From positions 66,602-130,601 of the forward strand of contig CAYHMC010000001.1 in NCBI GenBank assembly GCA_964357615.1: a stretch of DNA of 64,000 nucleotides, in the 5' to 3' direction. Each line of letters begins with the position of its first letter. Within the stretch, counting starts at the first letter, position 1. This DNA is from an uncultured Candidatus Saccharibacteria bacterium (GTDB lineage Bacteria > Patescibacteriota > Minisyncoccia > UBA6257 > JACOXY01). Both the position numbers and the translations under genes were made by a program. The notes under the pieces are model-generated. The model had not been told where the DNA came from. It did not search any database and worked only from the letters and a program-made list of their open reading frames with translations. Of the stretch, positions 37,246-47,295 are shown piece after piece.

Positions 37246-37440
37246 TTATATTATTGGAGCTTCTTTAATTGAACAACCGATATTGTTTTGTTTTCTGGGG
37301 TCACTGCCAGTAACTTCCATATATTTTTTATCTGCCTCTAAAATATCTTCCGCCACGCATTCAAAAACAATTTCTTTACTCTTATAATCAAAATAAGAAT
37401 AGCTATAAAATTCTTTTTCTGTTTTCCCCTGCTCATTCAT
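37246..37440 (-). CDS. Hypothetical small protein immediately upstream of and co-oriented with the nuclease
   Basis: 64-aa ORF. Its stop is 2 nt from the nuclease start. Confidence 0.4.
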   Translation of the reverse strand: MNEQGKTEKEFYSYSYFDYKSKEIVFECVAEDILEADKKYMEVTGSDPRKQNNIGCSIKEAPII

Positions 37441-37875
37441 TTTTTTAAAATCCTAATATTAATACTTGTATTCTACATCACTATATGATAATTAAAAAAT
37501 AGTACCAAAAAAGAAAGAGATACTCATGAGGCACGAGTCCTGCACAATCTGCCAAGCTGATGGGTATTTGGTAAGATTTTTTACCGAAGTAGTTTGTTTA
37601 ACTTGTTCGGAAGGATTAAAAAAAATAAACAAGAATGAATTATGTTGGAATAGAGATATTGTTATTTTTTACATCAAAATTTATGCTCAATTTTTATATA
37701 AAGGAAACTGTTTGCCGGACTCTGATCTATTAAACATACTAATGCTAGACCAATTAAATAAATTGGCACACTGGATTCACAAAATGACTAGAACGAATTT
37801 TTAACTCATGCCTCTAGTGAAACATTTTATATTTTAAAAAATAATAACCCAGAATATTTTGGGTTATTTTATTTA

Positions 37876-38214
37876 TTATTTTACAAACTCTATTTGTAGC
37901 TCGGGAAAATCAAATGCATCTTTAAGCTTATCTTTCAGTATTGCTTTTGTAATATTAAGTACATCCTCAGTTATCTCGCTTGAAATAATATTGGCATCTA
38001 TTTGTTTGTGATTTGGTTTAAACGATATCTCTATTTTAAATTCACCAGCTAATAAGCTGGCTTTTTCTCTTAGAAATATTTTCTTAGTCTTTCTCCTAAA
38101 TGCATTGAAGCGAATTTCATGTACTTGTTCTATGTGTGTAGCTTTAAACCATCGCTGTTTTTTACGCATTTTGAACCTCCAAAAAATTCTTTTTAGATTA
38201 AAGCACGCTATCAC
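37876..38214 (-). CDS. Hypothetical basic protein
   Basis: 112-aa ORF. Confidence 0.4.
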   Translation of the reverse strand: MIACFNLKRIFWRFKMRKKQRWFKATHIEQVHEIRFNAFRRKTKKIFLREKASLLAGEFKIEISFKPNHKQIDANIISSEITEDVLNITKAILKDKLKDAFDFPELQIEFVK

Positions 38215-38298
38215 CTTCCTGTCAAAAACTCTTCCATTTTCTAATAATTTGTTGTAATGTTTTCTATATTAGATTCCTATTTCTTATGCATTTATAAA

Positions 38299-40695
38299 AT
38301 GTACAATTTTAAATCAATAGAAAATAAGTGGAAGAAGGTTTGGAAAAGCAAGAAATTATATCAAGTTAATGACAAAGAAGCGGATAAGAAAAACTTTTAT
38401 CAACTTACGATGTTTCCATACCCTTCGGGAGATCTTCATGTTGGGCATTGGAAAAATTTTGCTCCACCCGATGTTTTTGTAAGATATAAGCGAATGCAAG
38501 GCTACAATATACTTAGTCCAATTGGCTTTGATGCGTTTGGATTGCCTGCTGAAAACGCAGCATTAAAGAACGGAATTCATCCTGAAAAATGGACTTTGAA
38601 TAATATCAAAACAATGACTAAACAGCTCGAATCAATGGGCAATAGCTATGATTGGTCAAAATTGATTGTTACATGTTTGCCAGAATATTATAAATGGAAT
38701 CAGTTATTTTTTATTAAGCTTTTTAATAAGGGTTTAGCGTATAGAAAAAAAGCGCCAGCAAATTGGTGTCCCTCTTGCAAAACAGTCTTAGCAAACGAAC
38801 AAGTTATTGATGGTAAATGCGAAAGATGTGATAGCGTTGTTATTCAAAAAGAAATTGATCAATGGTTGTTTAAAATAACTGATTATGCAGAAAGACTTTT
38901 GGCTGGCTTGGAAAAGCTTGACTGGCCTGAACAAACGAAACAAATGCAAAAAAACTGGATTGGCAAATCAGAAGGCGCACTAATTAAATTTTGTGTCGTT
39001 GGACTAGATTTAGGATTAGAAGTTTTTACAACAAGACCAGATACAATTCTTGGAGCAACTTATATGGTTTTGGCACCGGAGCACGAATTAATTACTAAGT
39101 TAAAAGCACGAATTAAAAATTGGCAACCAGTTTCAAAATATATTGAAAATGCAAAATTAAAATCTGAAAAAGAAAGAATTGATGAGGGCAGAGAAAAAAC
39201 CGGCATTGAGTTGACTGGCTTGAATGTAATTAATCCAGCGACAAAAAAAGTGATACCAGTGTGGGTATCCGATTATGTTGTCGGTTCTTATGGAACTGGC
39301 GCAATTATGGCAGTTCCACAACATGACGAAAGAGACAGAGAGTTTGCTGTTAAGTACGAGTTACCAATTATAGACGAACCACTTCTTGACGAAAACGAAG
39401 CAATTAAACTTGTAAATGGCAAAAAAACACAAAAATATAGATTAAGAGATTGGTTAATTTCTAGACAAAGATATTGGGGAACACCAATACCTATAATTTA
39501 TTGTAAAAATTGTGGAATTATGACTGTGTCTGAAGATGAGTTGCCTGTTAAGCTTCCTAAGCTCAAAGACTTCAAGCCAGCGGATGATGGTAGATCGCCT
39601 CTCGCAAGAGATAAAAAATTTTTAGAAGTTAAATGTCCGAAGTGTAAAAAAATTGCCGAGAGAGAAACTGACACTATGGATACATTCGTAGATTCTTCGT
39701 GGTATTTTTTAAGATATCCATCTTCAAAATTTAAGCAGGGTCCATTTCAAAAAGAAACAACTGAAAGTTGGCTTCCAGTTTCAATGTATAATGGTGGCGC
39801 GGAACACACAGTTTTACATCTTTTGTATTCAAGATTTTTTACAAAATTTTTAAATGACGAAGGTTTAATAGGGTTTGACGAGCCATTTTTGGCGTTGCGT
39901 CATCAAGGAACAATATTGGGTCCTGATGGGCAGAAAATGTCGAAATCAAAGGGAAATGTTATAGATCCCGATAAATTAGTAAGTGAATTTGGCGCTGATG
40001 CTGTAAGGCTCTACATTTATTTTATGGGCGAGTATTCGCAGGCAACGACATGGGACCCAAATGGTATTTTGGGAGTTGTTCGTTTTCTTCAAAGGGTTTA
40101 TGCGCTCAAAAATAGAATTGAAAAAGCAGAGACTAGTGAATTGAATGAAGGTAAATACTCACAAGAAAAAAATTCTTTAAAAGATGATAGTTTACTAATT
40201 AAAAAACTTCATAAAACAATTAAAAAAGTTGGCGAGGATATTGAATTGATGAAGTTTAATACTGCAGTTTCGGCACTAATGATTTTACTTAATGATATTG
40301 AAAAAGAGAAAACAATTTCATTAGATATATTTGAGGCATTCATTAAATTGCTTGCACCATTCGCGCCATATCTGTCCGAAGAACTATTTCAGGAAGTGCT
40401 TAAGTTAGATTCAGAAAAAAAGAACTCACAAACTAGAAGTATACACTTTGAATATTGGCCAAAATACAATCAAAAATTTATTAAAGATGAAACTTTTGAA
40501 TTAGTAATTCAGGTGAATGGAAGAGTTCGCGATACCATAAGCATTAGCGCTGATTTAACTCGGGATAATATTGAGACTCTAGCCCTTAAAAACAATTCAG
40601 TGCAAAAATATTTAGAGGGCAAAAAACCAGACAGAATAATATATATTCCTGAGACCCTTATTAATTTTGTAATTTCTAACGGAGATTCAAAATAA
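38299..40695 (+). CDS. leuS: Leucyl-tRNA synthetase. The track ORF starts at 38257; the conserved N-terminus begins MYNFKSIENKW at 38299.
   Basis: HIGH-type HVGH motif, KMSKS, and CP1/editing and anticodon-binding regions. Confidence 0.95.
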   Translation: MYNFKSIENKWKKVWKSKKLYQVNDKEADKKNFYQLTMFPYPSGDLHVGHWKNFAPPDVFVRYKRMQGYNILSPIGFDAFGLPAENAALKNGIHPEKWTLNNIKTMTKQLESMGNSYDWSKLIVTCLPEYYKWNQLFFIKLFNKGLAYRKKAPANWCPSCKTVLANEQVIDGKCERCDSVVIQKEIDQWLFKITDYAERLLAGLEKLDWPEQTKQMQKNWIGKSEGALIKFCVVGLDLGLEVFTTRPDTILGATYMVLAPEHELITKLKARIKNWQPVSKYIENAKLKSEKERIDEGREKTGIELTGLNVINPATKKVIPVWVSDYVVGSYGTGAIMAVPQHDERDREFAVKYELPIIDEPLLDENEAIKLVNGKKTQKYRLRDWLISRQRYWGTPIPIIYCKNCGIMTVSEDELPVKLPKLKDFKPADDGRSPLARDKKFLEVKCPKCKKIAERETDTMDTFVDSSWYFLRYPSSKFKQGPFQKETTESWLPVSMYNGGAEHTVLHLLYSRFFTKFLNDEGLIGFDEPFLALRHQGTILGPDGQKMSKSKGNVIDPDKLVSEFGADAVRLYIYFMGEYSQATTWDPNGILGVVRFLQRVYALKNRIEKAETSELNEGKYSQEKNSLKDDSLLIKKLHKTIKKVGEDIELMKFNTAVSALMILLNDIEKEKTISLDIFEAFIKLLAPFAPYLSEELFQEVLKLDSEKKNSQTRSIHFEYWPKYNQKFIKDETFELVIQVNGRVRDTISISADLTRDNIETLALKNNSVQKYLEGKKPDRIIYIPETLINFVISNGDSK

Positions 40696-40765
40696 ATTTG
40701 ACTTTTTAAAATATATTGATTCTAATAAGATTAGTATTTTAATAAGCGCAAAGGTTAGTTATTGT

Positions 40766-41002
40766 ATGGAATTTGTTGTTGCATTTAGTGCTGTCTGCGG
40801 GCTAATAATTGTGGCTACTCTATTTGTATTTTTAGCACCAAGAACATTAATTTCTTTTATTGTTAGTTTAGTTATTTATACGGTATTAACGAGACATTAT
40901 TTCCAAAACCAATATTCTTCGGCTATACTGTTGATTGCACTTTTTGTAATTTGTATCATTTCACTTTCTGAAGACATTAAAGCAATCGTTAAGCCAAAGT
41001 AA
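40766..41002 (+). CDS. Small membrane protein (2 TM)
   Basis: 78-aa hydrophobic ORF. A CAGGGT-cata-CCCTG terminator follows at 41018-41042. Confidence 0.4.
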   Translation: MEFVVAFSAVCGLIIVATLFVFLAPRTLISFIVSLVIYTVLTRHYFQNQYSSAILLIALFVICIISLSEDIKAIVKPK

Positions 41003-41100
41003 TATTTAAATTATCAGGGTCATACCCTGTTTTTATTTATGATTTCACAACTTGTGGAATTACAGTTATACTTTAGTTACAGTATAAAAAATATTTAATT

Positions 41101-42984
41101 ATGTGTGGCATTGTTGGTTACATTGGCAAAAAAAATGCTTTATCGATTTTAATTGACGGAATTAAAAATCTTGAATATCGAGGATATGATTCTTCTGGGC
41201 TTGTGATTGCTGTAAAATCGAATGAGGTTAATGTTTTTTTTGAAAAATCAGTTGGTAAGGTTAGTAATTTAGAATCCAAAGTTAAAAAAACAATAAAACC
41301 GAAAATTAATCAGTTATCAAAAAATAGTATTCAATCAGGTATTTGCCACAGTAGATGGGCTACTCATGGAATACCTAGCGAAGAAAATGCCCACCCACAT
41401 TTTGATTGCAAAAAAGAAATATATTTGGTGCACAATGGAATTATAGAAAATTATTCCGAACTAAAATCAACTTTAATAAAAAACGGGCATATATTCACCT
41501 CCGAAACTGATTCAGAGGTAATTGCGCACTTAATTGAAGAAGAGAAAAAAAATATATCAGGTAAGCCGAAAATTGAGAAAGCCGTAAAAAATGCACTTTT
41601 AAAAATTAAGGGAACATATGGATTAGTAGTTATAGACACGAAAGAACCAGAGAAACTGATTGCGGCCAGAAATTTCAGTCCTTTGCTTATTGGAATTGGA
41701 AAAGGGGAGTATTTTGTGGCATCAGACGCAACAGCAATTTTAAAACTTACTCGAAAAGTTGTTTATCTTGAAGATGGGGATTTGGCTGTTTTAAACATTA
41801 AAGGATATAAAATAACGGGACTTTCTGAAAAACGAAAACATCATATCCCACAAATTATTGATTGGAGTGCAGAAAAAATTAGAAAGGGCAACTACCCCCA
41901 CTTTATGCTGAAAGAGATTAATGAACAGCCAGAGTCAATCGCAGATTCTATTCGAGGCAGGATTGATTTTAAAAATGGCATTCCAGTTTTGGGAGGTTTA
42001 CTGAATATTAAAAAACAGTTAAAAAATAAAACTCGAGTTATTATATCTGGAATGGGAACGGCATATTACGCTGGACTTATAACAAAAAATTATATTGAGG
42101 AACTTGCCAAAATTTCTGTAGTTGCCGAGCCAGCATCAGAACTCCACAGTAGAAAACAGATTTATTTCCCTAGCAGTGATATTTTTTTATGTTTTTCTCA
42201 ATCTGGAGAAACTGCCGATACATTATCTGCACTACGAGACGCTAAAATTAATAATTTATTATCGCTTGGAGTGGTAAATGTAGTTGGTTCTTCAATTTCA
42301 AGGGGGACAGACGCTGGAGTTTATCAGCATATTGGTCCAGAAATAGGAGTTGCATCAACTAAGGCGTTTACCTCTCAGGTTACTATTGGAGCACTAATCG
42401 CAATTCTATTAGGTCTTGAACTTAAAACATTGAAGTCGGTTGATGCTAAAAATATTTTAAGTGAAATAAAAAAACTTCCAACAAAAATTGGACAAATTCT
42501 TTTGCAATCAGAAAAAATTAAACAAATTTCAAAAAATTATCAGGAGCATAATAATTTTCTTTTTTTGGGTCGTAAATACAACTTCCCAACAGCCCTTGAA
42601 GGTGCCCTAAAATTAAAAGAAATTTCTTATGTTCACGCCGAGGGAATGTCGACTGGCGAAATGAAACACGGTCCGATAGCTATGATTGATGCAAAATTTC
42701 CTAGTATTATGATTATGCCAAGCGATTCAGTTTATAAAAAAAACCTAGGAAGCGCAGAAGAAATTAAGGCTCGCAGGGGACCAATAATTGCTGTAGCAAC
42801 CGAAGGGGATTCACAAGTTTTAAAAATAGCAAATGATACAATATTTATACCAAAAACAATAGAATTATTTACACCAATTCTCGTAACTGTTGCCTTGCAA
42901 CTTTTCGCGTACCATTTCGCGGTAGAAAGAGGTTGTGATATAGATAAGCCGAGAAATTTGGCAAAAAGTGTTACTGTAGAATAG
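41101..42984 (+). CDS. glmS: Glutamine--fructose-6-phosphate aminotransferase
   Basis: N-terminal MCGIVGY, two SIS domains, C-terminal ...KSVTVE. Confidence 0.95.
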   Translation: MCGIVGYIGKKNALSILIDGIKNLEYRGYDSSGLVIAVKSNEVNVFFEKSVGKVSNLESKVKKTIKPKINQLSKNSIQSGICHSRWATHGIPSEENAHPHFDCKKEIYLVHNGIIENYSELKSTLIKNGHIFTSETDSEVIAHLIEEEKKNISGKPKIEKAVKNALLKIKGTYGLVVIDTKEPEKLIAARNFSPLLIGIGKGEYFVASDATAILKLTRKVVYLEDGDLAVLNIKGYKITGLSEKRKHHIPQIIDWSAEKIRKGNYPHFMLKEINEQPESIADSIRGRIDFKNGIPVLGGLLNIKKQLKNKTRVIISGMGTAYYAGLITKNYIEELAKISVVAEPASELHSRKQIYFPSSDIFLCFSQSGETADTLSALRDAKINNLLSLGVVNVVGSSISRGTDAGVYQHIGPEIGVASTKAFTSQVTIGALIAILLGLELKTLKSVDAKNILSEIKKLPTKIGQILLQSEKIKQISKNYQEHNNFLFLGRKYNFPTALEGALKLKEISYVHAEGMSTGEMKHGPIAMIDAKFPSIMIMPSDSVYKKNLGSAEEIKARRGPIIAVATEGDSQVLKIANDTIFIPKTIELFTPILVTVALQLFAYHFAVERGCDIDKPRNLAKSVTVE

Positions 42985-43046
42985 TTTTTGTGTTAATATA
43001 AGTAAATGCGCGAATGGTCGTCGCGAAATAAATCAAAAATATTTAT

Positions 43047-43283
43047 ATGGCAAATATAACAATATATACCACGCCAACTTGCGTTTACTGCAAAATGGCT
43101 AAGGCATTCTTTCATGAGAATAATATTTCTTATGTTGAAAAAAATGTAATAACAGATGACGAAGCAAGAGATGCGATGATTAAAAAATCTGGACAAATGG
43201 GGGTTCCAGTTATTGATATTGATGATAAAATTGTGGTTGGATTTGATAAACAGGGCTTAAAGAATTTGCTTGGCATCAAGTAA
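43047..43283 (+). CDS. Glutaredoxin/NrdH-like small redoxin (CVYC active site)
   Basis: TTPTCVYCKMAK...GVPVIDID. Confidence 0.8.
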   Translation: MANITIYTTPTCVYCKMAKAFFHENNISYVEKNVITDDEARDAMIKKSGQMGVPVIDIDDKIVVGFDKQGLKNLLGIK

Positions 43284-43366
43284 AATTTTTAGGAGTTTTA
43301 TTTTCAGTATGCTACAATTCTCATAAGTTTTAGCTTTCTAAAAATTATTATTTATACTATAAAAAT

Positions 43367-43483
43367 GAATCCCGTTTAGAGACCGCGGTCGCCAAATTTT
43401 CAATACGGGATTATAATCAAGTCTATATTTATTAAAATTAATTAGACAGTGTTAGGTCTTCTGGACCGCGACCTGTCTCTAAC
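43367..43483 (+). promoter_or_regulatory. Structured 5' leader or MITE-like element. Imperfect 17-20 nt inverted repeats GTTTAGAGACCGCGGTC (43374-43390) and GACCGCGACCTGTCTCTAAC (43464-43483) flank about 70 nt. A competing hairpin AATCCCGT/ACGGGATT spans 43368-43412.
   Basis: Read directly. The downstream arm ends 3 nt before the DsbA-like start codon. Confidence 0.45.
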
Positions 43484-44161
43484 GTGATGAACAAAGAAAA
43501 TATTTTTTTACCCGCATCGATATTAATAGCCGGAGTATTAATCTCTGGTTCTGTTATTTATAGCACAACAATGAGTGGGGATGGCAGAGCCAATCAAAAT
43601 GGCCAGGATGTAAATGCCGATATTAAAGTAAATCCAATAACCGCGACAGACCATATTAAAGGCAACCCTAAAGCAAAAGTAAAAATAATTGAATTTTCTG
43701 ATTATGAATGTCCGTTTTGTGGAAGATTCCACCCAACAATGGAAAAAATTTCAAAAGAATATGGTGATAAAGTTGTTTGGGTCTTCAGGCATTATCCACT
43801 AGAATCAATTCATCCAGACGCAAGAAAAGCAGCAGTTGCAAGTGAGTGCGCAACGGAACAGGGTGGTAATGATAAGTTTTGGGCATTTACAGACGCTGTT
43901 TTTGCCGATCAACAAAAATCTCTTGCCGATCTTTCTAAGGTTGCAACTTCAATCGGATTAAATGCAACCGCATTTAATACATGTCTAAATAGTTCAAAAT
44001 ATGATGAGCTTATAAATAGTCATATTGCGGACGCAACTAATTCGGGAGGGCAGGGAACTCCTTGGACAGTTGTTTTGAATGCAAAAAATAAAGCTTTTCC
44101 AATAAATGGAGCTCAACCATACGAGCAAGTGAAAGCAATCATCGAGCAGGCTCTAAAATAG
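43484..44161 (+). CDS. DsbA-like thiol:disulfide oxidoreductase (thioredoxin fold, CPFC), membrane-anchored
   Basis: N-terminal TM. EFSDYECPFCGRFHP. The likely start is ATG 43487. Confidence 0.8.
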   Translation: MMNKENIFLPASILIAGVLISGSVIYSTTMSGDGRANQNGQDVNADIKVNPITATDHIKGNPKAKVKIIEFSDYECPFCGRFHPTMEKISKEYGDKVVWVFRHYPLESIHPDARKAAVASECATEQGGNDKFWAFTDAVFADQQKSLADLSKVATSIGLNATAFNTCLNSSKYDELINSHIADATNSGGQGTPWTVVLNAKNKAFPINGAQPYEQVKAIIEQALK

Positions 44162-44178
44162 GCAAAATCTAACTATTT

Positions 44179-45147
44179 ATGATGAAAGACGCCATAATAA
44201 ATTTTCCTGCACAGTTTTCTTGGCAACCTAAAATACTTGGCGTAAATGAGTTACCAAAATACAAGCGTTTTATTCTTTCTGGAATGGGGGGTTCACATCT
44301 CGGAGGTGATATTTTAAAGCTTCTTAGACCAGATTTAGATATGGTAATTCATTCGAGTTATGGATTACCAAAATTAAGTAAACAAAATTTCAAAAAGCGT
44401 TTATTTATTGCAAATTCATATTCAGGAAATACAGAAGAGGTTTTATCGGGACTTAGTGATGCAGAAAAAGCTGGACTTCCAATTCTGATTATCGCAACAG
44501 GCGGAGAGCTTTTAGCTTTTGCAAAAAATAAGAATTATCCATGTATAGAATTACCAAATACTGGGATTCAGCCTAGGATGTCTTCAGGATTTGGCATTCG
44601 TGCACTAGCTCTTGCCGTCGGCGATAAAAAACTTTTAAAAAATAGCGAAAAATTATCTAAGAAATTGAAACCATTAAAAATTGAAGCTCATGGTAAAAAT
44701 TTAGCATTCCGATTAAAAAATAAAATACCCCTAGTCTATTCTTCTGCAAATAATTACTCCATTGCATATAATTGGAAAATTAAATTTAACGAAACAGCTA
44801 AGTCTCCAGCATTTTGCAATGTAATTCCAGAATTGAATCATAACGAAATGACAGGATTTGATTTAAGTGAAGCAAATCGACATTTAGCAAGTCCATTTTG
44901 TGTAATATTAATTAAAGACAGTGAGGATGTGGCAGAAATTAATAAAAGAATGTTAGTTTTGGAAAAACTTTATAAGGATAGGGGTATAGGGATAGAAATA
45001 GTTGAGTTAAGCGGTAAAAATAAACTTGATAAGGTATTTTCTTCGTTAATTTTGGCAGACTGGACGGCTCTTAATTTGGGTGAATTATATGGAAATGATA
45101 CCGAAAATGTTCCAATGGTTGAAGAATTTAAAAAACTAATGAAATAA
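44179..45147 (+). CDS. Bifunctional phosphoglucose/phosphomannose isomerase-like SIS-domain protein
   Basis: SGMGGSHLGG motif, about 320 aa, typical of the archaeal-type PGI/PMI family. Confidence 0.6.
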   Translation: MMKDAIINFPAQFSWQPKILGVNELPKYKRFILSGMGGSHLGGDILKLLRPDLDMVIHSSYGLPKLSKQNFKKRLFIANSYSGNTEEVLSGLSDAEKAGLPILIIATGGELLAFAKNKNYPCIELPNTGIQPRMSSGFGIRALALAVGDKKLLKNSEKLSKKLKPLKIEAHGKNLAFRLKNKIPLVYSSANNYSIAYNWKIKFNETAKSPAFCNVIPELNHNEMTGFDLSEANRHLASPFCVILIKDSEDVAEINKRMLVLEKLYKDRGIGIEIVELSGKNKLDKVFSSLILADWTALNLGELYGNDTENVPMVEEFKKLMK

Positions 45148-45148
45148 A

Positions 45149-45994
45149 ATGTATCTAGTATTTGATATTGGCGGAAGCAAAATGCGAATTGCCAGAACGA
45201 GTAATTTTAAAAAGCTTGAAGAAATAATTATTCTCAAAACACCCAATGATTTTAATGAGGGTATTTTGGAATTTTGTAGAGCGTCTAATAAGTTAAGTGG
45301 AGGAAAAAAAATTAAAGCTATAGCCGGTGGCATAGCAGGTCCACTCGATAAGAATTACACAAAAGTTATTAATGCGCCCAATCTTAAATCGTGGAATAAT
45401 AAGCCTTTTAAAGCTTCTCTAGAAAAAAAACTTAAGACCAAAGTAATGCTTCAAAATGACACTGCGATGGTTGCGCTTGGCGAAACACATTTTGGCGCAG
45501 GAAAATTATTTAGAAAAAATGGTATAGTAGCTTATGTAACAGTATCAACTGGCGTTGGTGGGGCTAGAATTGTAGATGGTAAAATTGATAGAAACATTTA
45601 TGGCTTTGAAATAGGTAGTCAAACAATCGATGCCGATGGAACTATACTTCCAAAATATAAATCACCGGGAATTTTAGAAGACTATATTTCTGGTAAGAGC
45701 GTATATAAAAACACTGGAAAGAATCCAGTTTTAATTAAAGATGATAAATTTTGGAGCGATATGGCAAAACTGCTTGCATATGGATTAAATAACACGATAG
45801 TTCATTGGTCTCCATCTATAGTAATCCTTGGTGGTTCAATGATGAATAAAATTGGAATACCTATAAGCGAAGTTATAAGAAATGTAAATAGTTTTTTAAA
45901 AATATTTCCTAAAAAACCCAAAATTGTCCATGCAAAGCTTGGTGACCTTGGCGGATTATACGGAAGTATGGTATATTTAGAAAAAATATTATAA
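45149..45994 (+). CDS. ASKHA-fold sugar kinase (ROK/BadF-type glucokinase-like)
   Basis: N-terminal LVFDIGGSKMRIA. GxGxG-type VSTGVGGA. Confidence 0.6.
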   Translation: MYLVFDIGGSKMRIARTSNFKKLEEIIILKTPNDFNEGILEFCRASNKLSGGKKIKAIAGGIAGPLDKNYTKVINAPNLKSWNNKPFKASLEKKLKTKVMLQNDTAMVALGETHFGAGKLFRKNGIVAYVTVSTGVGGARIVDGKIDRNIYGFEIGSQTIDADGTILPKYKSPGILEDYISGKSVYKNTGKNPVLIKDDKFWSDMAKLLAYGLNNTIVHWSPSIVILGGSMMNKIGIPISEVIRNVNSFLKIFPKKPKIVHAKLGDLGGLYGSMVYLEKIL

Positions 45995-45998
45995 TAAT

Positions 45999-46517
45999 AT
46001 GGAAAACAAAATTCACAAGTTACCATACGCAACTTATTTAATGTTTGCGATATTGGTTACATTATTATTCATTGGTGCAAAGTACATTGATCCAAGTTTG
46101 ATTGGGCTTGAAGTTAAAAATGAAAGCGAGAAATCAAATTTAGAAATTGAAAATGCATCTACATCAAAAATTATGAGCGAAACTAAAGAAGGTAATGATT
46201 TGAAAGTAGAAGATGTTTTAGTTGGAACTGGCACAGAAGCAAAGCCAGGAACGAAAGTCTCGGTTCATTATACTGGTACATTTACAGATGGGAAAAAATT
46301 CGATAGCTCAAGAGATAGGGGTACTCCTTTTGAATTCACCTTGGGTGCTGGACAAGTAATTAGAGGCTGGGATTTGGGTATCGCTGGTATGAAAGTCGGT
46401 GGAAAAAGAAAGCTTACTATACCACCAGAACTTGGTTATGGAGTAGATGGAATGCCAGGAGCAATACCGGGAAATGCAACACTGCTTTTTGATGTCGAGC
46501 TTTTAGGTGTAAAATAA
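45999..46517 (+). CDS. FKBP-type peptidyl-prolyl cis-trans isomerase with an N-terminal membrane anchor
   Basis: VHYTGTFTDGKKFDSSRDRGTPFEFTLGAGQVIRGWDLGIAGMKVGGKRKLTIPPELGYG. Confidence 0.85.
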   Translation: MENKIHKLPYATYLMFAILVTLLFIGAKYIDPSLIGLEVKNESEKSNLEIENASTSKIMSETKEGNDLKVEDVLVGTGTEAKPGTKVSVHYTGTFTDGKKFDSSRDRGTPFEFTLGAGQVIRGWDLGIAGMKVGGKRKLTIPPELGYGVDGMPGAIPGNATLLFDVELLGVK

Positions 46518-46524
46518 AATTGCA

Positions 46525-46782
46525 ATGCTTTCAGACTATCATTTAATATCGCAAATAATTTTCAATTTAACTTTTTCTCTGGTTTTTATTGCTCTCGGAA
46601 TTATTCTAATTTCCCTGCTTTATTATTTACTTAAGCTTGTTAGGAATTTAGAAAATATTTCAAAAAACCTTGAAAAAGTGTCGGGTGAAGTAAGAAAAAA
46701 TATCGTATTAATAATTGAACAAATTTCAAAATTGCCAATTATTTCTAAATTTTTTAAAAAAAATCATCGTAAAGGTCGCTAA
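46525..46782 (+). CDS. Small membrane protein
   Basis: 85-aa ORF with one TM. Confidence 0.4.
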   Translation: MLSDYHLISQIIFNLTFSLVFIALGIILISLLYYLLKLVRNLENISKNLEKVSGEVRKNIVLIIEQISKLPIISKFFKKNHRKGR

Positions 46783-46800
46783 TCATATTTAAATTATAAA

Positions 46801-47121
46801 ATGAAAAAAAATCATAAATTTGCAAGTGGTGCCGCAGTGGGTGCTGCGCTTGGTGTTGCAGCTGGAGTCGCATTGTCGTTATTAGATGAGAAAAAAATAA
46901 AAAAAGGTATAAGTAATGCAAAACGAGAGGCAGCAATTATTTATAAAAAGGCCTCCCCAGAACTTAAGAAATATAAAAAAATTGGTGAAGCACAATTTAA
47001 TAAATTGATGGAAAAAGCCGTTTTAGATTTTTCAAAGGCTCGTAAGATTTCTAAATCAGAAACCAATTCGATTATTAAGGAAGCCAAAAAATATTGGCAA
47101 ACTGTCAAAAAGCACCTATAA
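46801..47121 (+). CDS. Small protein with a Gly/Ala-rich N-terminal helix (YtxH/DUF948-like)
   Basis: 106 aa. A ACAATTGAGTGCACTCAATTGT palindrome plus T-run terminator follows at 47131-47160. Confidence 0.5.
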   Translation: MKKNHKFASGAAVGAALGVAAGVALSLLDEKKIKKGISNAKREAAIIYKKASPELKKYKKIGEAQFNKLMEKAVLDFSKARKISKSETNSIIKEAKKYWQTVKKHL

Positions 47122-47188
47122 TTATTAACAATTGAGTGCACTCAATTGTTTTGTTTGCAAAAAGATTTGTGCCTTGTTTGTTTTAATC

Positions 47189-47284
47189 ATGTCAAAAAAA
47201 GCAATAAAAATATTAACTTGGATTCTTGTAATAATGATGCTTATTAGCTTGGTTGGTTCAACTTTCCTTTTGTCTTTTTAGAAT
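47189..47284 (+). CDS. Unannotated 31-aa single-TM micro-ORF (MSKKAIKILTWILVIMMLISLVGSTFLLSF)
   Basis: An ATG-initiated ORF in the 170-bp gap before rseP. It is below the ORF-track size cutoff and speculative. Confidence 0.2.
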
Positions 47285-47295
47285 AACAAGAATTT

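Noticed and set aside
41003-41100. A glmS ribozyme upstream of glmS.
   Set aside because: The intergenic region is about 95 nt and is mostly a terminator for the preceding small gene. No conserved glmS ribozyme core is evident.
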